Source: Clostridia bacterium
GTDB lineage: Bacteria; Bacillota; Clostridia; Oscillospirales; Acutalibacteraceae
DNA length: 64,000 bases
Direction: 5' to 3'
Assembly: GCA_017550625.1 (NCBI GenBank)
Contig: JAFZOL010000039.1
Span: forward strand, 23,211-87,210
Below the pieces are notes generated by a model, which was not told the DNA's origin, made no database searches, and saw only the letters and a program-made list of their open reading frames with translations. The position numbers and the translations under genes are program-made. How positions within the stretch are numbered: position 1 is the stretch's first letter; every line of letters begins with the position of its first letter. Below, in pieces: positions 1 to 9,001 of this stretch.

Positions 1-1570
1 TGGACGTGCGGTGGATGATATAGGGGTTCTTCTTGGAGCCGTCGCGGTCGGTATACTCCATGCCGAATTTCTCGGCGATCATCGGGTCGATCTGGATCGT
101 GATGAGCGTATCCTCTTTGCCGAAGACGTTCTTGATCTGGATGTCGAGCTTCGGGCCGTAGAAGGCGGCCTCGCCGATGCCGATCTTGTAATTGATGCCG
201 AGGTGATCGAGGATGCGGCCCATCATGCCCTGGACCTTGTCCCAGTCCTCTTCGGTGCCGATATACTTTTCGCGGTCGTTCGGGTCCCACTGCGAGAAGC
301 GGTAGGATACGTCGTCATACAGGCCCACGGCCTTGAGCATAAAGATCGCGAGCTCGAGGCAGGACTTGAACTCGTCCTCGAGCTGCTCGGGCGTGCACAT
401 GAGGTGGCCCTCGCTGATCGTGAACTGCCTGACACGGATGAGGCCGTGCATTTCGCCGGAGTCTTCATTCCGGAAGAGCGTGGAGGTCTCGTCATACCTG
501 AGCGGCAGGTCGCGGTAGGAGCGCGCGCGGTTGAGGTACGCCTGATACTGGAACGGGCAGGTCATGGGACGCAGGGCGAAGCATTCCTTCGACTCGTCGT
601 AGGGATCGCCGAGAACGAACATGCCGTCGAGATAATGGTCCCAGTGGCCGGAGATCTTATAGAGCTCGCGCTTGGCCATATAGGGCGTTTTCGTGAGCTG
701 CCAGCCGCGCTTGGCCTCTTCGTCCTCGACGAAGCGGGAAAGGGTCTGGATGACTTTCGCGCCTTTCGGCAACAGGATCGGCAGGCCCTGGCCGATGTAG
801 TCGACCGTGGTGAAGTATTCGAGCTCGCGGCCGAGCTTGTTATGGTCGCGTTTTTTGGCCTCCTCGAGCATCGTGAGGTGCGCCTCGAGCTCGCTCGCCT
901 TCGGGAAGGCGGTGCCGTAGACGCGGCAGAGCATCTTGTTTTTGGAGTCGCCGTGCCAGTAGGCGCCCGTGGCCGAGGTGAGCTTGAAGGCCTTGATCAC
1001 GCCCGTGGACGGGATGTGCGGGCCGGCGCAGAGCTCGACGAACTCGCCCTGCTTATAAAAGCTGATGGGCTCGCCCTTGTCGGCGTGGGCGGAGATGAGC
1101 TCGATCTTATAGGGCTCGTTTTTCTCTTCGTAGAGCTTGATCGCCTCTTCGGGTGAAAGCTCGAAGCGCTCGAGCTTCAGATCTTCTTTCACGATCTTTT
1201 TCATCTCGGCCTCGATCTTTTCAAGGTCTTCTGGCGAGAAGGCGGGCTCTATGTCGAAATCATAGTAGAAGCCGTTGTCGATGGCGGGGCCGATGGCAAG
1301 CTTCGCGTTCGGATACAGGCGCTTGACCGCCTGCGCGAGCACGTGGGAAGCCGTGTGGCGGAACGCCTTTTTGCCCTCGTCGTCGTCAAAGGTGAGAAAT
1401 TCGACCGCGCAGTCCTTTTCGATCGGGGTGCGAAGATCCTTCACTTCGCCGTCGATTTTGCACACGCACACGGCCTTGAAGAGCCCCGCGCCGAGACTTT
1501 TTGCGATCTCGAGGGCGGAGACGCCGCTCTCATACTGCCGGACGTCGTCTCTGAGTTTTACGTTTACCAT
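1..1570 (-). CDS. thrS: threonyl-tRNA synthetase (first ~523 codons; 3' end runs off the left window edge)
   Basis: Absent from the ORF track because it is truncated. Manual translation from ATG at 1570-1568 gives MVNVKLRDDVRQYESGVSALEIAKSLG...TASHVLAQAVKRLYPNAKLAIGPAIDNGFYYDF...RDHNKLGRELEYF...ALRPMTCPFQ...FRNEDSGEMHGLIRVRQFT (TGS, editing-type and class II core motifs). The + ORF 11..1156 is its antisense shadow. Confidence 0.95.
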   Translation of the reverse strand, partial: MVNVKLRDDVRQYESGVSALEIAKSLGAGLFKAVCVCKIDGEVKDLRTPIEKDCAVEFLTFDDDEGKKAFRHTASHVLAQAVKRLYPNAKLAIGPAIDNGFYYDFDIEPAFSPEDLEKIEAEMKKIVKEDLKLERFELSPEEAIKLYEEKNEPYKIELISAHADKGEPISFYKQGEFVELCAGPHIPSTGVIKAFKLTSATGAYWHGDSKNKMLCRVYGTAFPKASELEAHLTMLEEAKKRDHNKLGRELEYFTTVDYIGQGLPILLPKGAKVIQTLSRFVEDEEAKRGWQLTKTPYMAKRELYKISGHWDHYLDGMFVLGDPYDESKECFALRPMTCPFQYQAYLNRARSYRDLPLRYDETSTLFRNEDSGEMHGLIRVRQFTISEGHLMCTPEQLEDEFKSCLELAIFMLKAVGLYDDVSYRFSQWDPNDREKYIGTEEDWDKVQGMMGRILDHLGINYKIGIGEAAFYGPKLDIQIKNVFGKEDTLITIQIDPMIAEKFGMEYTDRDGSKKNPYIIHRTS

Positions 1571-1593
1571 AGCAAACCTTCCTTTCTTTGCGG

Positions 1594-1835
1594 GGTAAAA
1601 AAAGAACTTCACCCCAAACGTATTGGGATGAAGATGACTCTCCACGGTTCCACCCAAGTTGCAAACAGAGTTTGCCGCTCATTATGGCCTTAACGCGGCC
1701 GCACGTCCGCCCTTGGGCTTAAAGCTTTCGGGGGCTCTCGGGAGTGGTAGCAATCGGCGCACCGCCGGGCCGCTCGCAGCGTTTGCGGCCCTCTCTGGGG
1801 ACGATTTTTCGGCCGTTGCCTTCTCCGTCATCGAT
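1594..1835 (-). promoter_or_regulatory. T-box leader (threonine specifier ACC) with intrinsic terminator, upstream of thrS
   Basis: Minus-strand T-box sequence CAACUUGGGUGGAACCGUGGAG (complement of 1640-1661). It is followed by hairpin CAUCCCAA/UUGGGGUG and a U7 run (complement of 1597-1630). An upstream AGAGA box and GCUACCACUC place an ACC codon at the complement of 1746-1748. Confidence 0.85.
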
Positions 1836-1870
1836 TTTATACTCCTATTATATGCGCTTTTTCACAAAAG

Positions 1871-2392
1871 TCAAGTGCTTTTTTCGTACAATTCGCCGTA
1901 TTCGAGCGAAAACACCGGGCCGCCCTCGCTGCAAAACAAGGCCGCACGGTAAAAGCCGCAGGGCCAGGTAGCGCAGTGCAGCGAAAAGAGATCGGCGCCG
2001 CCGAGCCCCGTGCCGGCGGCGAGGGCGTCGAGATCGACGTCCGGGATGAAGACGGCGGCAAGGGCGAGCGAGAAGGCGCGGAAATCGTCGGCGGACGAAA
2101 CCGAGTCGCCGTCGAGCGCCAGCGTGACGCTTGTCAGAAGGCCGGTTTCATCCTCTTTAAAGGTGAGAAGCATATCATTTTCACGCGTGAAGCCGTAGTA
2201 GACATACCACGTGCCGTCCACGCGGAAGAGGTTTTCCTCCGAAAAGGCAAAGCGCGAATCCGTTTCGCCGAGGCGGAGGCTGAGTTCCGAATAGTCCATA
2301 CGCGCGTTGCGCGCGCACGCGCCCAGAAGCAGGCAGAGGACAAAAAGGGCGGCGGTTCGGCAGGATCTCATTTCATCACAACTTTTTTTCAT
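1871..2392 (-). CDS. hypothetical lipoprotein
   Basis: In-frame ATG at 2392 gives MKKSCDEMRSCRTAALFVLCLLLGAC, a signal peptide plus lipobox-like LGAC. No recognisable domain. The track start at 2476 is probably an over-extension. Confidence 0.6.
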   Translation of the reverse strand: MKKSCDEMRSCRTAALFVLCLLLGACARNARMDYSELSLRLGETDSRFAFSEENLFRVDGTWYVYYGFTRENDMLLTFKEDETGLLTSVTLALDGDSVSSADDFRAFSLALAAVFIPDVDLDALAAGTGLGGADLFSLHCATWPCGFYRAALFCSEGGPVFSLEYGELYEKST

Positions 2393-2479
2393 TTTTTTCG
2401 ATTTTTCTCTTTCCCTTTTATAATATATGTAGTATAATGAAAAATAGAACACTATACCCATGAGAAGGAGGCGCACCGT

Positions 2480-3511
2480 ATGGCATACGAACGAAACGAC
2501 GACCTGCCTGACATTTCAGGGATTTTCAATATAGACGACGATATGATCCCCTCGAAGATCATCGAGAAGCCCGTTCAGAGAAAGCCCGTGAGCGGCACGG
2601 GCACCGCGCCCGCGAACAGCCGCAGAAAAGGCCAGAGGCCCGAGCCGATCCTTTTGCAGCAGCAGACGGCGAAGGAAGAGCAGCGCGCCTATCAGGGCAT
2701 CAGCTCCGAGGCGCACAGGCGCACCGTGTCGAAACGCAAGGAGCAGCAGAAAAAGCTGTTCCGCCGCAGGCTCATCCTGTTCGGCGCGGCGGTGGCGCTG
2801 GTGGCGGCGCTCGTGATCGCGATCGCGGTGTGGGTGTCAATAAAGAACCGTCCGCACGTGGTGATCACGCCCGTTCAGAGAGGCAGTTTTTCGGATACCT
2901 ATGAAGCCAACGCCATTATCTATACCGAGGTGACCGACGTCGGCGAGAGCCGCACCTACGCGGTGTTCGTGGACAACCGCTACGACCGCGAGACCTCGGC
3001 GCTCAAGACCGGCCTTGCCGCAGAGATCCGCATCTCGGACGAGGTGACGGTGACCGGGCGGCTGGTGTATATCCGACCGAACGAGGAGACGACCTCGCCG
3101 ATCGTGTCGCTGCTCGTGAGCTTACTGCCCGACACCGACTACGAGCCCTCGAACAACACCGTGATCATGGTGTATCTCGACGACGCGGACTCCGCGCCCG
3201 AAAACGCGACCGTGAAGGTGTTCATCAAAACCAACGAACAGGATAACGTGGTGATCGTGCCCCTCAGCCTCGTGCAGGACCCCGACGGCGAGCCGTATCT
3301 CTGGGTGTATAAGAGCTTCGGCAAGAAGCTCGTGAAAACGCCCGTGGAGCTCGGCTCCCGCTCGAAGGACGGCAACGTGGTCGTCACGAAAGGCGTGTCC
3401 GCCGGAACGCCCATCGTGTGCGAGGGCGACTTCGAAGCGATGGAAGACGGCATGAAAGTGAACGCCGAAGAACAAAGCACGGAATCCGGAGCGGCCGACG
3501 CCGCGCGGTGA
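2480..3511 (+). CDS. HlyD/efflux-adaptor-like membrane-anchored protein (barrel-sandwich/beta-barrel part only)
   Basis: RBS GAAGGAGG lies 9 nt upstream. It has a charged N-terminus, one TM helix (LILFGAAVALVAALVIAIAVWV), then an adaptor-like C-terminus (VKVFIKTNEQDNVVIVPLSLV...YLWVY...KLVKTPVELGSRSKDGNVVVTKGVSAGTPIV). Confidence 0.65.
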   Translation: MAYERNDDLPDISGIFNIDDDMIPSKIIEKPVQRKPVSGTGTAPANSRRKGQRPEPILLQQQTAKEEQRAYQGISSEAHRRTVSKRKEQQKKLFRRRLILFGAAVALVAALVIAIAVWVSIKNRPHVVITPVQRGSFSDTYEANAIIYTEVTDVGESRTYAVFVDNRYDRETSALKTGLAAEIRISDEVTVTGRLVYIRPNEETTSPIVSLLVSLLPDTDYEPSNNTVIMVYLDDADSAPENATVKVFIKTNEQDNVVIVPLSLVQDPDGEPYLWVYKSFGKKLVKTPVELGSRSKDGNVVVTKGVSAGTPIVCEGDFEAMEDGMKVNAEEQSTESGAADAAR

Positions 3512-3531
3512 TCCCCGAAAGGAGAAGAGAT

Positions 3532-5493
3532 ATGAAACTTCGCAGTCTTATCGTCATTCTGGCAGTCATCGCCGTCGTTTGTCTCTTCCCTGCCCTCGCT
3601 TTTGCCGAGGAAACGCCCGCCGAACCGGCGGCGCAGGAAGAGACGGCCGAAATCGCCCCGAGCGATTCGGTGTGCCACGTGCGCGGCGACGTTGACAGGG
3701 ACGGAAAGATCACGGCTTCGGACGCGCGCGCTGTGCTGCGCCTCGCCGTGGAGCTTGACGAGAGCGACGACTACACCGCCGTGGCCGCCGATTACGACAT
3801 GAACGGGAACCTCAGCGCCGGGGACGCGCGCTTCGTGCTGCGCGTGGCCGTGGGGCTCGATCCGAAGCCGGGGCATATCAGCACCGGGCGTGAGACGATC
3901 ACCGAGGCGACCTGTATGACCATCGGCACCGCGGGCAAGCACTGCGCCGTGTGCGGCTGCTATTATGACGTGGGCACCCTGCCCCGCGTGGACCACAAGT
4001 CCGGCGGCTGGATCCTGATCGTGCAGGCCACGTGCTCGTCCGAGGGCTATATGGTGCAGGAATGCGTGTATTGCGGTGAGGAGATCTCGTCGCGCACCGT
4101 GCCGATGCTTGAGCATGCCTACGACGCCGACCACCCCGTTTTCACGGAGGATAACCCCGACTGCACGAAGCTGCAGTATGTGGATTACGTTTGTATGAAC
4201 TGCGGCGCGAAGAAGCACACGCTTCGCTCGCCCTCGAAATATCACGATTATATCTGGATCGAGGCCCTCGCCCCCACCTGCACCACGCAGGGGCTTTTAG
4301 AGCAGCGGTGCAAGCGCTGCGATAAGGCGTCGGGCGAGCTGCAGGCCGAGCCCAGCCTCGGCGGGCATTCCCCCGTGTGGGTGACGGAAACCGAGCCCAA
4401 CGAAAACCTGCCCGGCCACCGCATTTATCGCTGCACGAAATGCCGCGAGGTGATCGAGGAAGAGGATATCCTGTATAAGCCCGGACCTCACCGCTTCGAC
4501 ATGCAGCACCCGGTGTTCCTTGACGAGAACCCCGACTGCACCGAGCTGCAGGAAGTGGAATACACCTGCCTTGACTGCGGCGAAAAGCGCGTGTCGCTGC
4601 GCCTGCCGTCGGCATCCCATAACTATACGTGGTTTGTGATCGACGAGCCCACCTGCACCAAGACCGGCGAGCAGGAAGAGCGCTGCGCGCGCTGCGAGCA
4701 GCTCTCGGGCAAGCCCAACGAGACGCTCGAAAAGCTGCCGCACGAATCCGCCGGCTGGACGCTGGTGGCCGAGGCGACCTGCTCGAGCGAAGGATTGCAG
4801 GAGGAATACTGCGCCGTGTGCGGCGAGCTGATCGGCACCAAGCGTCTGCCGAAGACCGCGCACGCGTATGACCGCGAGCATCCGCGCTTCGTGGACGAAG
4901 AGCCCGACTGCACCAAGCGCCAGAAGGTGGAGTATGCGTGCCTCAACTGCGGCGCGACGGTGCTGGAGGATTGGGAGCCGCTGGACGACCATCAGTTCGA
5001 CTGGGTGGCACACATCGAGCCCACCTGCACAGAAGAGGGCAGGGCGCACCGCGAATGCCTCGTGTGCGGCAAGATGAGCGCCTCGAACCTGACCCGCGTG
5101 CTGCCGCCGCTCGGCCACGACCCCGACTGGGAGCATATGCGCTTCCTTGACGAAAACCCCGACTGCACCGTCGCCCAGAAGGTGGAATGCGTGTGCCTGC
5201 GCTGCGGCGAGACCGTGGAGGTCGACTGGGAGCCGAAGGAAGCCCATGATTGGAAATGGATCGTCGAGATCGAACCCACCTGCACCGTCGACGGCAAGGA
5301 ATACGAGGCCTGCGCCGTGTGCGGCAAGCGCAAGAACGAGAACGTGTCGCGCGTGATCAACGCCCTCGGGCACGACCCCTATTGGGCGACGCTGTATCAG
5401 CCGACCGAGACCGAGCCCGGCCTTGAGATCTATCTCTGCCGCCGCTGCGGCGACGTGCTCGACCAGCGCGAGATCCCGGCGCTGACGCCGTAA
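3532..5493 (+). CDS. secreted dockerin-domain protein followed by ~13 tandem Cys-rich (C-x9-11-CxxC...H) modules
   Basis: ATG at 3532 with RBS AAAGGAGAAG. Signal peptide MKLRSLIVILAVIAVVCLFPALAFA. Dockerin duplicate DVDRDGKITASDARAVLRLAV / DYDMNGNLSAGDARFVLRVAV. Then 13 CxxC motifs, each preceded by PTC/ATC...G and followed by a His (e.g. HDYIWIEALAPTCTTQGLLEQRCKRCD). Confidence 0.85.
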   Translation: MKLRSLIVILAVIAVVCLFPALAFAEETPAEPAAQEETAEIAPSDSVCHVRGDVDRDGKITASDARAVLRLAVELDESDDYTAVAADYDMNGNLSAGDARFVLRVAVGLDPKPGHISTGRETITEATCMTIGTAGKHCAVCGCYYDVGTLPRVDHKSGGWILIVQATCSSEGYMVQECVYCGEEISSRTVPMLEHAYDADHPVFTEDNPDCTKLQYVDYVCMNCGAKKHTLRSPSKYHDYIWIEALAPTCTTQGLLEQRCKRCDKASGELQAEPSLGGHSPVWVTETEPNENLPGHRIYRCTKCREVIEEEDILYKPGPHRFDMQHPVFLDENPDCTELQEVEYTCLDCGEKRVSLRLPSASHNYTWFVIDEPTCTKTGEQEERCARCEQLSGKPNETLEKLPHESAGWTLVAEATCSSEGLQEEYCAVCGELIGTKRLPKTAHAYDREHPRFVDEEPDCTKRQKVEYACLNCGATVLEDWEPLDDHQFDWVAHIEPTCTEEGRAHRECLVCGKMSASNLTRVLPPLGHDPDWEHMRFLDENPDCTVAQKVECVCLRCGETVEVDWEPKEAHDWKWIVEIEPTCTVDGKEYEACAVCGKRKNENVSRVINALGHDPYWATLYQPTETEPGLEIYLCRRCGDVLDQREIPALTP

Positions 5494-5512
5494 ACGGAAA
5501 GACATAAAAATG

Positions 5513-5542
5513 ACCGCCCGTCGGATGACAGGCGGTTTTGTT
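5513..5542. terminator. intrinsic terminator between convergent genes
   Basis: ACCGCC-N12-GGCGGT followed by TTTGTT. Confidence 0.6.
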
Positions 5543-5558
5543 ATGTCAGGGATTCGGA

Positions 5559-6806
5559 TCAGTCGGCGCCGAAGGCTTCCTGCACCGCGTAATAGGCGGG
5601 CTTGGGATTGCCCTCGCCGTCCACGATGCCCCAGCCGGTCTCGACCGGGCAATCCTTCTGGCCGCAGACGTAGCAGTGGTCGGAGTCGTTCCACATATAG
5701 ATGAACGCGCCGATGCACCACGACAGGCTCTTCATCTCTTTGATGAGATAGGAGAAATAGGTGGCCTGGCCCTCGGGCGTGTGCGGGACGCCGTAGATGC
5801 CGGTGCCTTCGCTGAGTTCCCGGTAGATGTGGTTGGCGTATTCGCCCTTGAAGAGCAGGTTCCACTTTTCATCGTCGGAGAGGTTCGCGTAATACTCGTC
5901 GAACTCCTCTTTGAGGTCGGGGGGAAGACGGGAGATGAAGGTATCCACGTCGTTACGCACGTCCTCTTCGGAATCGAAGCCGTAGCTCTGCAGGATCTCT
6001 TTCTTCTCGGCGGCGGTCTTGGGCTCGCCGTAGCCGATATAGCCGAACTCGGTCATGAGGACGGGCTTTTTGGTCTCGATGCGGATGAGCTTGAGGGCCG
6101 CGAGATGGACGTTGATGTTCTTGACGATGTTCTCGAACGAGCCGAAATAGAGGTCCACGCCCACGTAGTCGCAGTATTTGTGGTATTCTTTCATGAGCGG
6201 CGGGAGCTTGAGCACACCGTCGGGACCGCCGAGGTTGTAGCCGATGATGACGTCGCCGCGGATCGGATACATGGCTTCGAGCTGCACGCCGATGAAGCGC
6301 GCGGCCTCTTCAAGCGTGAAGGGCTCGGTGAAGCGGTCGACGCCCATTTCGTTGGTGATCTGGAAGCCGCTCGCGATATCGCGGAGGTCGTTCATCAGGA
6401 AAACGGCGATCTCCTGAATGCCCTTGAGGCCCTCTTCGGTGCGGCAGTCGAGGCCGTAGCCGAGGTATTTATTGGGATAGGGCGTGATCGCGAACACCTT
6501 GATGCCGTGTCTGACGTAGCGCTTCATCTCGGCCTTCCAATCCTTATAGTGCTGCGAGATGTTGCCGTTCAGGTCATAGGGGAACGGGATGTCCTCGCGG
6601 ATCCAGCCGATGTTCGCGTCGAGGATCATATCGTAGTCCTCTTCGGGATGACAGACGCCGGCGATGAAGCCGCCGACCTGCTCTTTGACCTTTTTGGGGG
6701 TCTGGTCGACGGGGTTCGTGAACATGCCGAGCATGCCCGAAAGCCAGGGCGTGATCAGCGCGAGCAGAAGACCCAGAGATTTCGAAAGCCAAAGGGGCAG
6801 CTGCAT
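5559..6806 (-). CDS. clan GH-A (TIM-barrel) glycoside hydrolase-like protein with N-terminal membrane anchor/signal
   Basis: ATG at 6806 is preceded by AGAGGAGA; the track start at 6824 is a TTG inside that RBS region. NEMG (acid/base-like) and MTEFGY (nucleophile-like) motifs have the spacing typical of GH5-like enzymes. Family not assignable by eye. Confidence 0.6.
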   Translation of the reverse strand: MQLPLWLSKSLGLLLALITPWLSGMLGMFTNPVDQTPKKVKEQVGGFIAGVCHPEEDYDMILDANIGWIREDIPFPYDLNGNISQHYKDWKAEMKRYVRHGIKVFAITPYPNKYLGYGLDCRTEEGLKGIQEIAVFLMNDLRDIASGFQITNEMGVDRFTEPFTLEEAARFIGVQLEAMYPIRGDVIIGYNLGGPDGVLKLPPLMKEYHKYCDYVGVDLYFGSFENIVKNINVHLAALKLIRIETKKPVLMTEFGYIGYGEPKTAAEKKEILQSYGFDSEEDVRNDVDTFISRLPPDLKEEFDEYYANLSDDEKWNLLFKGEYANHIYRELSEGTGIYGVPHTPEGQATYFSYLIKEMKSLSWCIGAFIYMWNDSDHCYVCGQKDCPVETGWGIVDGEGNPKPAYYAVQEAFGAD

Positions 6807-6913
6807 AAAACGATCTCCTCTCAATATATAGATTTACAGTATAATTAAAGCACAAACAATGGGACGTGTCAACTGTAAAGCTATGAGCAAACTATGAATA
6901 AAAATCAGATATT

Positions 6914-9001
6914 CTATGAACCGAAATCAAATGCCGCCTGCCCGTCGCTGAGGCGTATCACGGCCGAAAACGGCTTGCCCGTTTTCGACACGAAGCCCGA
7001 GAGCTTTTCGGTCGCGCCGGACAACAGAAGGGCGCGCACCTCGGCGAAGGTGAAGGGGCGGCCGCAGAGGACAATGGGCACCGACAGGGGGCAGCCTGAC
7101 TCTTTGTGCTCGCACTCAAAGCGGTAGCGCCCGCGCGTCACCTTGCCGCCGCACAGGGGGCAGACGCTGACGCTCTCGCCGTAAAAACCGGTGTAGGCGG
7201 GGCTTGCAGCGTCGTTGACCTCGCGCGTGAACACCTCGGTGATCTCGGCCTCGGCGAGCTTTACCGCCTCGTTCACGGTCATCTCGCCCCGGTAGACGCG
7301 CTTGAGCGCCTTGCCGAGCGACGAGGTCTTATATTTATCCATCGAGATCTGCATGTCGACGAGCGACTCAATGAGGAACCTGCCGCCGGGCAGGATGCGG
7401 TAGACGTCCTTTTTGAGCTCGATATACTTGCTTTTGATCGCGTTGTCGATGATGCCGGTGCGCGTGGCCTCGGTGCCGAGCTCAAGGCCCTCGAAGATCG
7501 CGCGGTATTCTTCGCGGTCGTCGTCGGTCTCGGCGGCCTTTTTCTCGTCGCGGAACGGGTTTTTGAGATAGTTGTTGAGCGTTTCGATCGTGTAGTGCTT
7601 CGGCGGCGAGGTCTCTTTTTCCTTCGGCTGAAAGTCGATATTGATCTGATCGCCGACGTTCACGTTCGGCAGCAGCTTGTCGGAGCGCGGCGAGTCGTCG
7701 AATTTCGTCCAGCCGGGGGTGAGGATCACGGTGCCCTTGACGGTGAAATCCTCGTATTTGCCGACGCGCACGGTCATTTCGGTTTTCTGCGCGACGCAAT
7801 CCTCGGCGCAGAACACCATCACGAAGCGCCGGAGAACTGCCGAATAGACGAGCTTTTCGCGATCGGTCAGCTTATCGGGAGAAGGGAGCTTGTAGGTCGG
7901 CGTGAGGGCGGAGTGGGATTCGATCTTCGAGTCGTCGAAGATCGTTTTTTTATCCTTGAACACGACGGGATAGCCGAGCCCCTTCACGTTTTCGAGGATC
8001 TTTTTCACCTTGTCCTTCTCGGCGGTAGCGAGATATTCGGAGTTCGTGCGGGGATAGGTGAGGTACCCCGCCTCGTAGAGCTTCTGGACGATCGCGAGGG
8101 ATTCGTCCATCGACATCTTATATTTCTTGCCGAGAAAGTTCTGGAGCTTCGAGAGCGAATAGAGCTTGCCGGGGTTGAGCGTTTCTTTTTTCGACTTTTT
8201 GTCAACTACCACGGCGCCGGCGGCGTTCATAAGAGCGGCGGCCTTTTCGGCGCGTGCGGGATTGTCGGGGCTGAACTTATATTTCGACGTGAGCGTCACC
8301 TCGACGCCGTCGGTCTCGGCGGAAGAGACCAGCGCGAGATATTTCTCGGGCGTGAAGCGCTCGATCTCAAGGTCGCGGTCGTAGATCGCCTTCACGATGG
8401 GCACGATCACCCTGCCGACGCGCAGCAGCGCCCCGGTTTTGAGCGTGGAAAAGCGCGTGAGGTTCACGCCGTAGAGCCAGTCGATGTAGGTGCGGGCGAA
8501 GCCCTCGTTCGCAAGCGGGTCGTAGGCGGAATCGGGCTGCATGTCGGACAGGGCGGCGCGGATGGTCTCGTCCGTCTGGTCCGGCAGCCAGAGGCGTTTG
8601 ACGGGCTTGTCGACGCCCGCCTCGGCGATGCATTGGCGCACGATGATCTCGCCCTCGCGGTCGGCGTCGCCCGCGTTGACGATCTTGTCCACGTCGTCGC
8701 GGGAGATGAGGGCCTTGATGACCTCGAACTGCCGCTTCGCGCCCGCGTCGGTCTGCTTGTTGTCGTCCCTTTTCAGGCGATAACGGAAGGTTTCGGGATA
8801 ATACGGCAGGCCCTCGAGCGTCCATTTCTTTTCGGCGGAGCCCGTGTAATCCTCGATGTCGCACAGCGAAAACAGGTGGCCGAACGCCCACGTGACGAAG
8901 CAGCCCCTGCCCTCGAAATAGCCGGAGCGTTTCGTCATCTGCCCGATCGCGCCCGCGATATTGCGCGCGAGGCTCGGTTTTTCGGCGATGATGACCGTCA
9001 T
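6914..9001 (-). CDS. topB: DNA topoisomerase III with C-terminal zinc-ribbon region
   Basis: MTVIIAEKPSLARNIAGAIG (Toprim), WAFGHLFSL, DADREGEII, active-site region LYEAGYLTYPRTNSEYL, C-terminal CPLCGGKV...FECEHKESGCP. Confidence 0.92.
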   Translation of the reverse strand: MTVIIAEKPSLARNIAGAIGQMTKRSGYFEGRGCFVTWAFGHLFSLCDIEDYTGSAEKKWTLEGLPYYPETFRYRLKRDDNKQTDAGAKRQFEVIKALISRDDVDKIVNAGDADREGEIIVRQCIAEAGVDKPVKRLWLPDQTDETIRAALSDMQPDSAYDPLANEGFARTYIDWLYGVNLTRFSTLKTGALLRVGRVIVPIVKAIYDRDLEIERFTPEKYLALVSSAETDGVEVTLTSKYKFSPDNPARAEKAAALMNAAGAVVVDKKSKKETLNPGKLYSLSKLQNFLGKKYKMSMDESLAIVQKLYEAGYLTYPRTNSEYLATAEKDKVKKILENVKGLGYPVVFKDKKTIFDDSKIESHSALTPTYKLPSPDKLTDREKLVYSAVLRRFVMVFCAEDCVAQKTEMTVRVGKYEDFTVKGTVILTPGWTKFDDSPRSDKLLPNVNVGDQINIDFQPKEKETSPPKHYTIETLNNYLKNPFRDEKKAAETDDDREEYRAIFEGLELGTEATRTGIIDNAIKSKYIELKKDVYRILPGGRFLIESLVDMQISMDKYKTSSLGKALKRVYRGEMTVNEAVKLAEAEITEVFTREVNDAASPAYTGFYGESVSVCPLCGGKVTRGRYRFECEHKESGCPLSVPIVLCGRPFTFAEVRALLLSGATEKLSGFVSKTGKPFSAVIRLSDGQAAFDFGS

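Noticed and set aside
11-1156. 381-aa plus-strand ORF at the left edge
   Set aside because: It is the antisense shadow of thrS. Its translation is low-complexity Ala/Gly/Leu/Asp/Arg/Glu-rich with no motifs, whereas the minus strand gives textbook ThrRS sequence.
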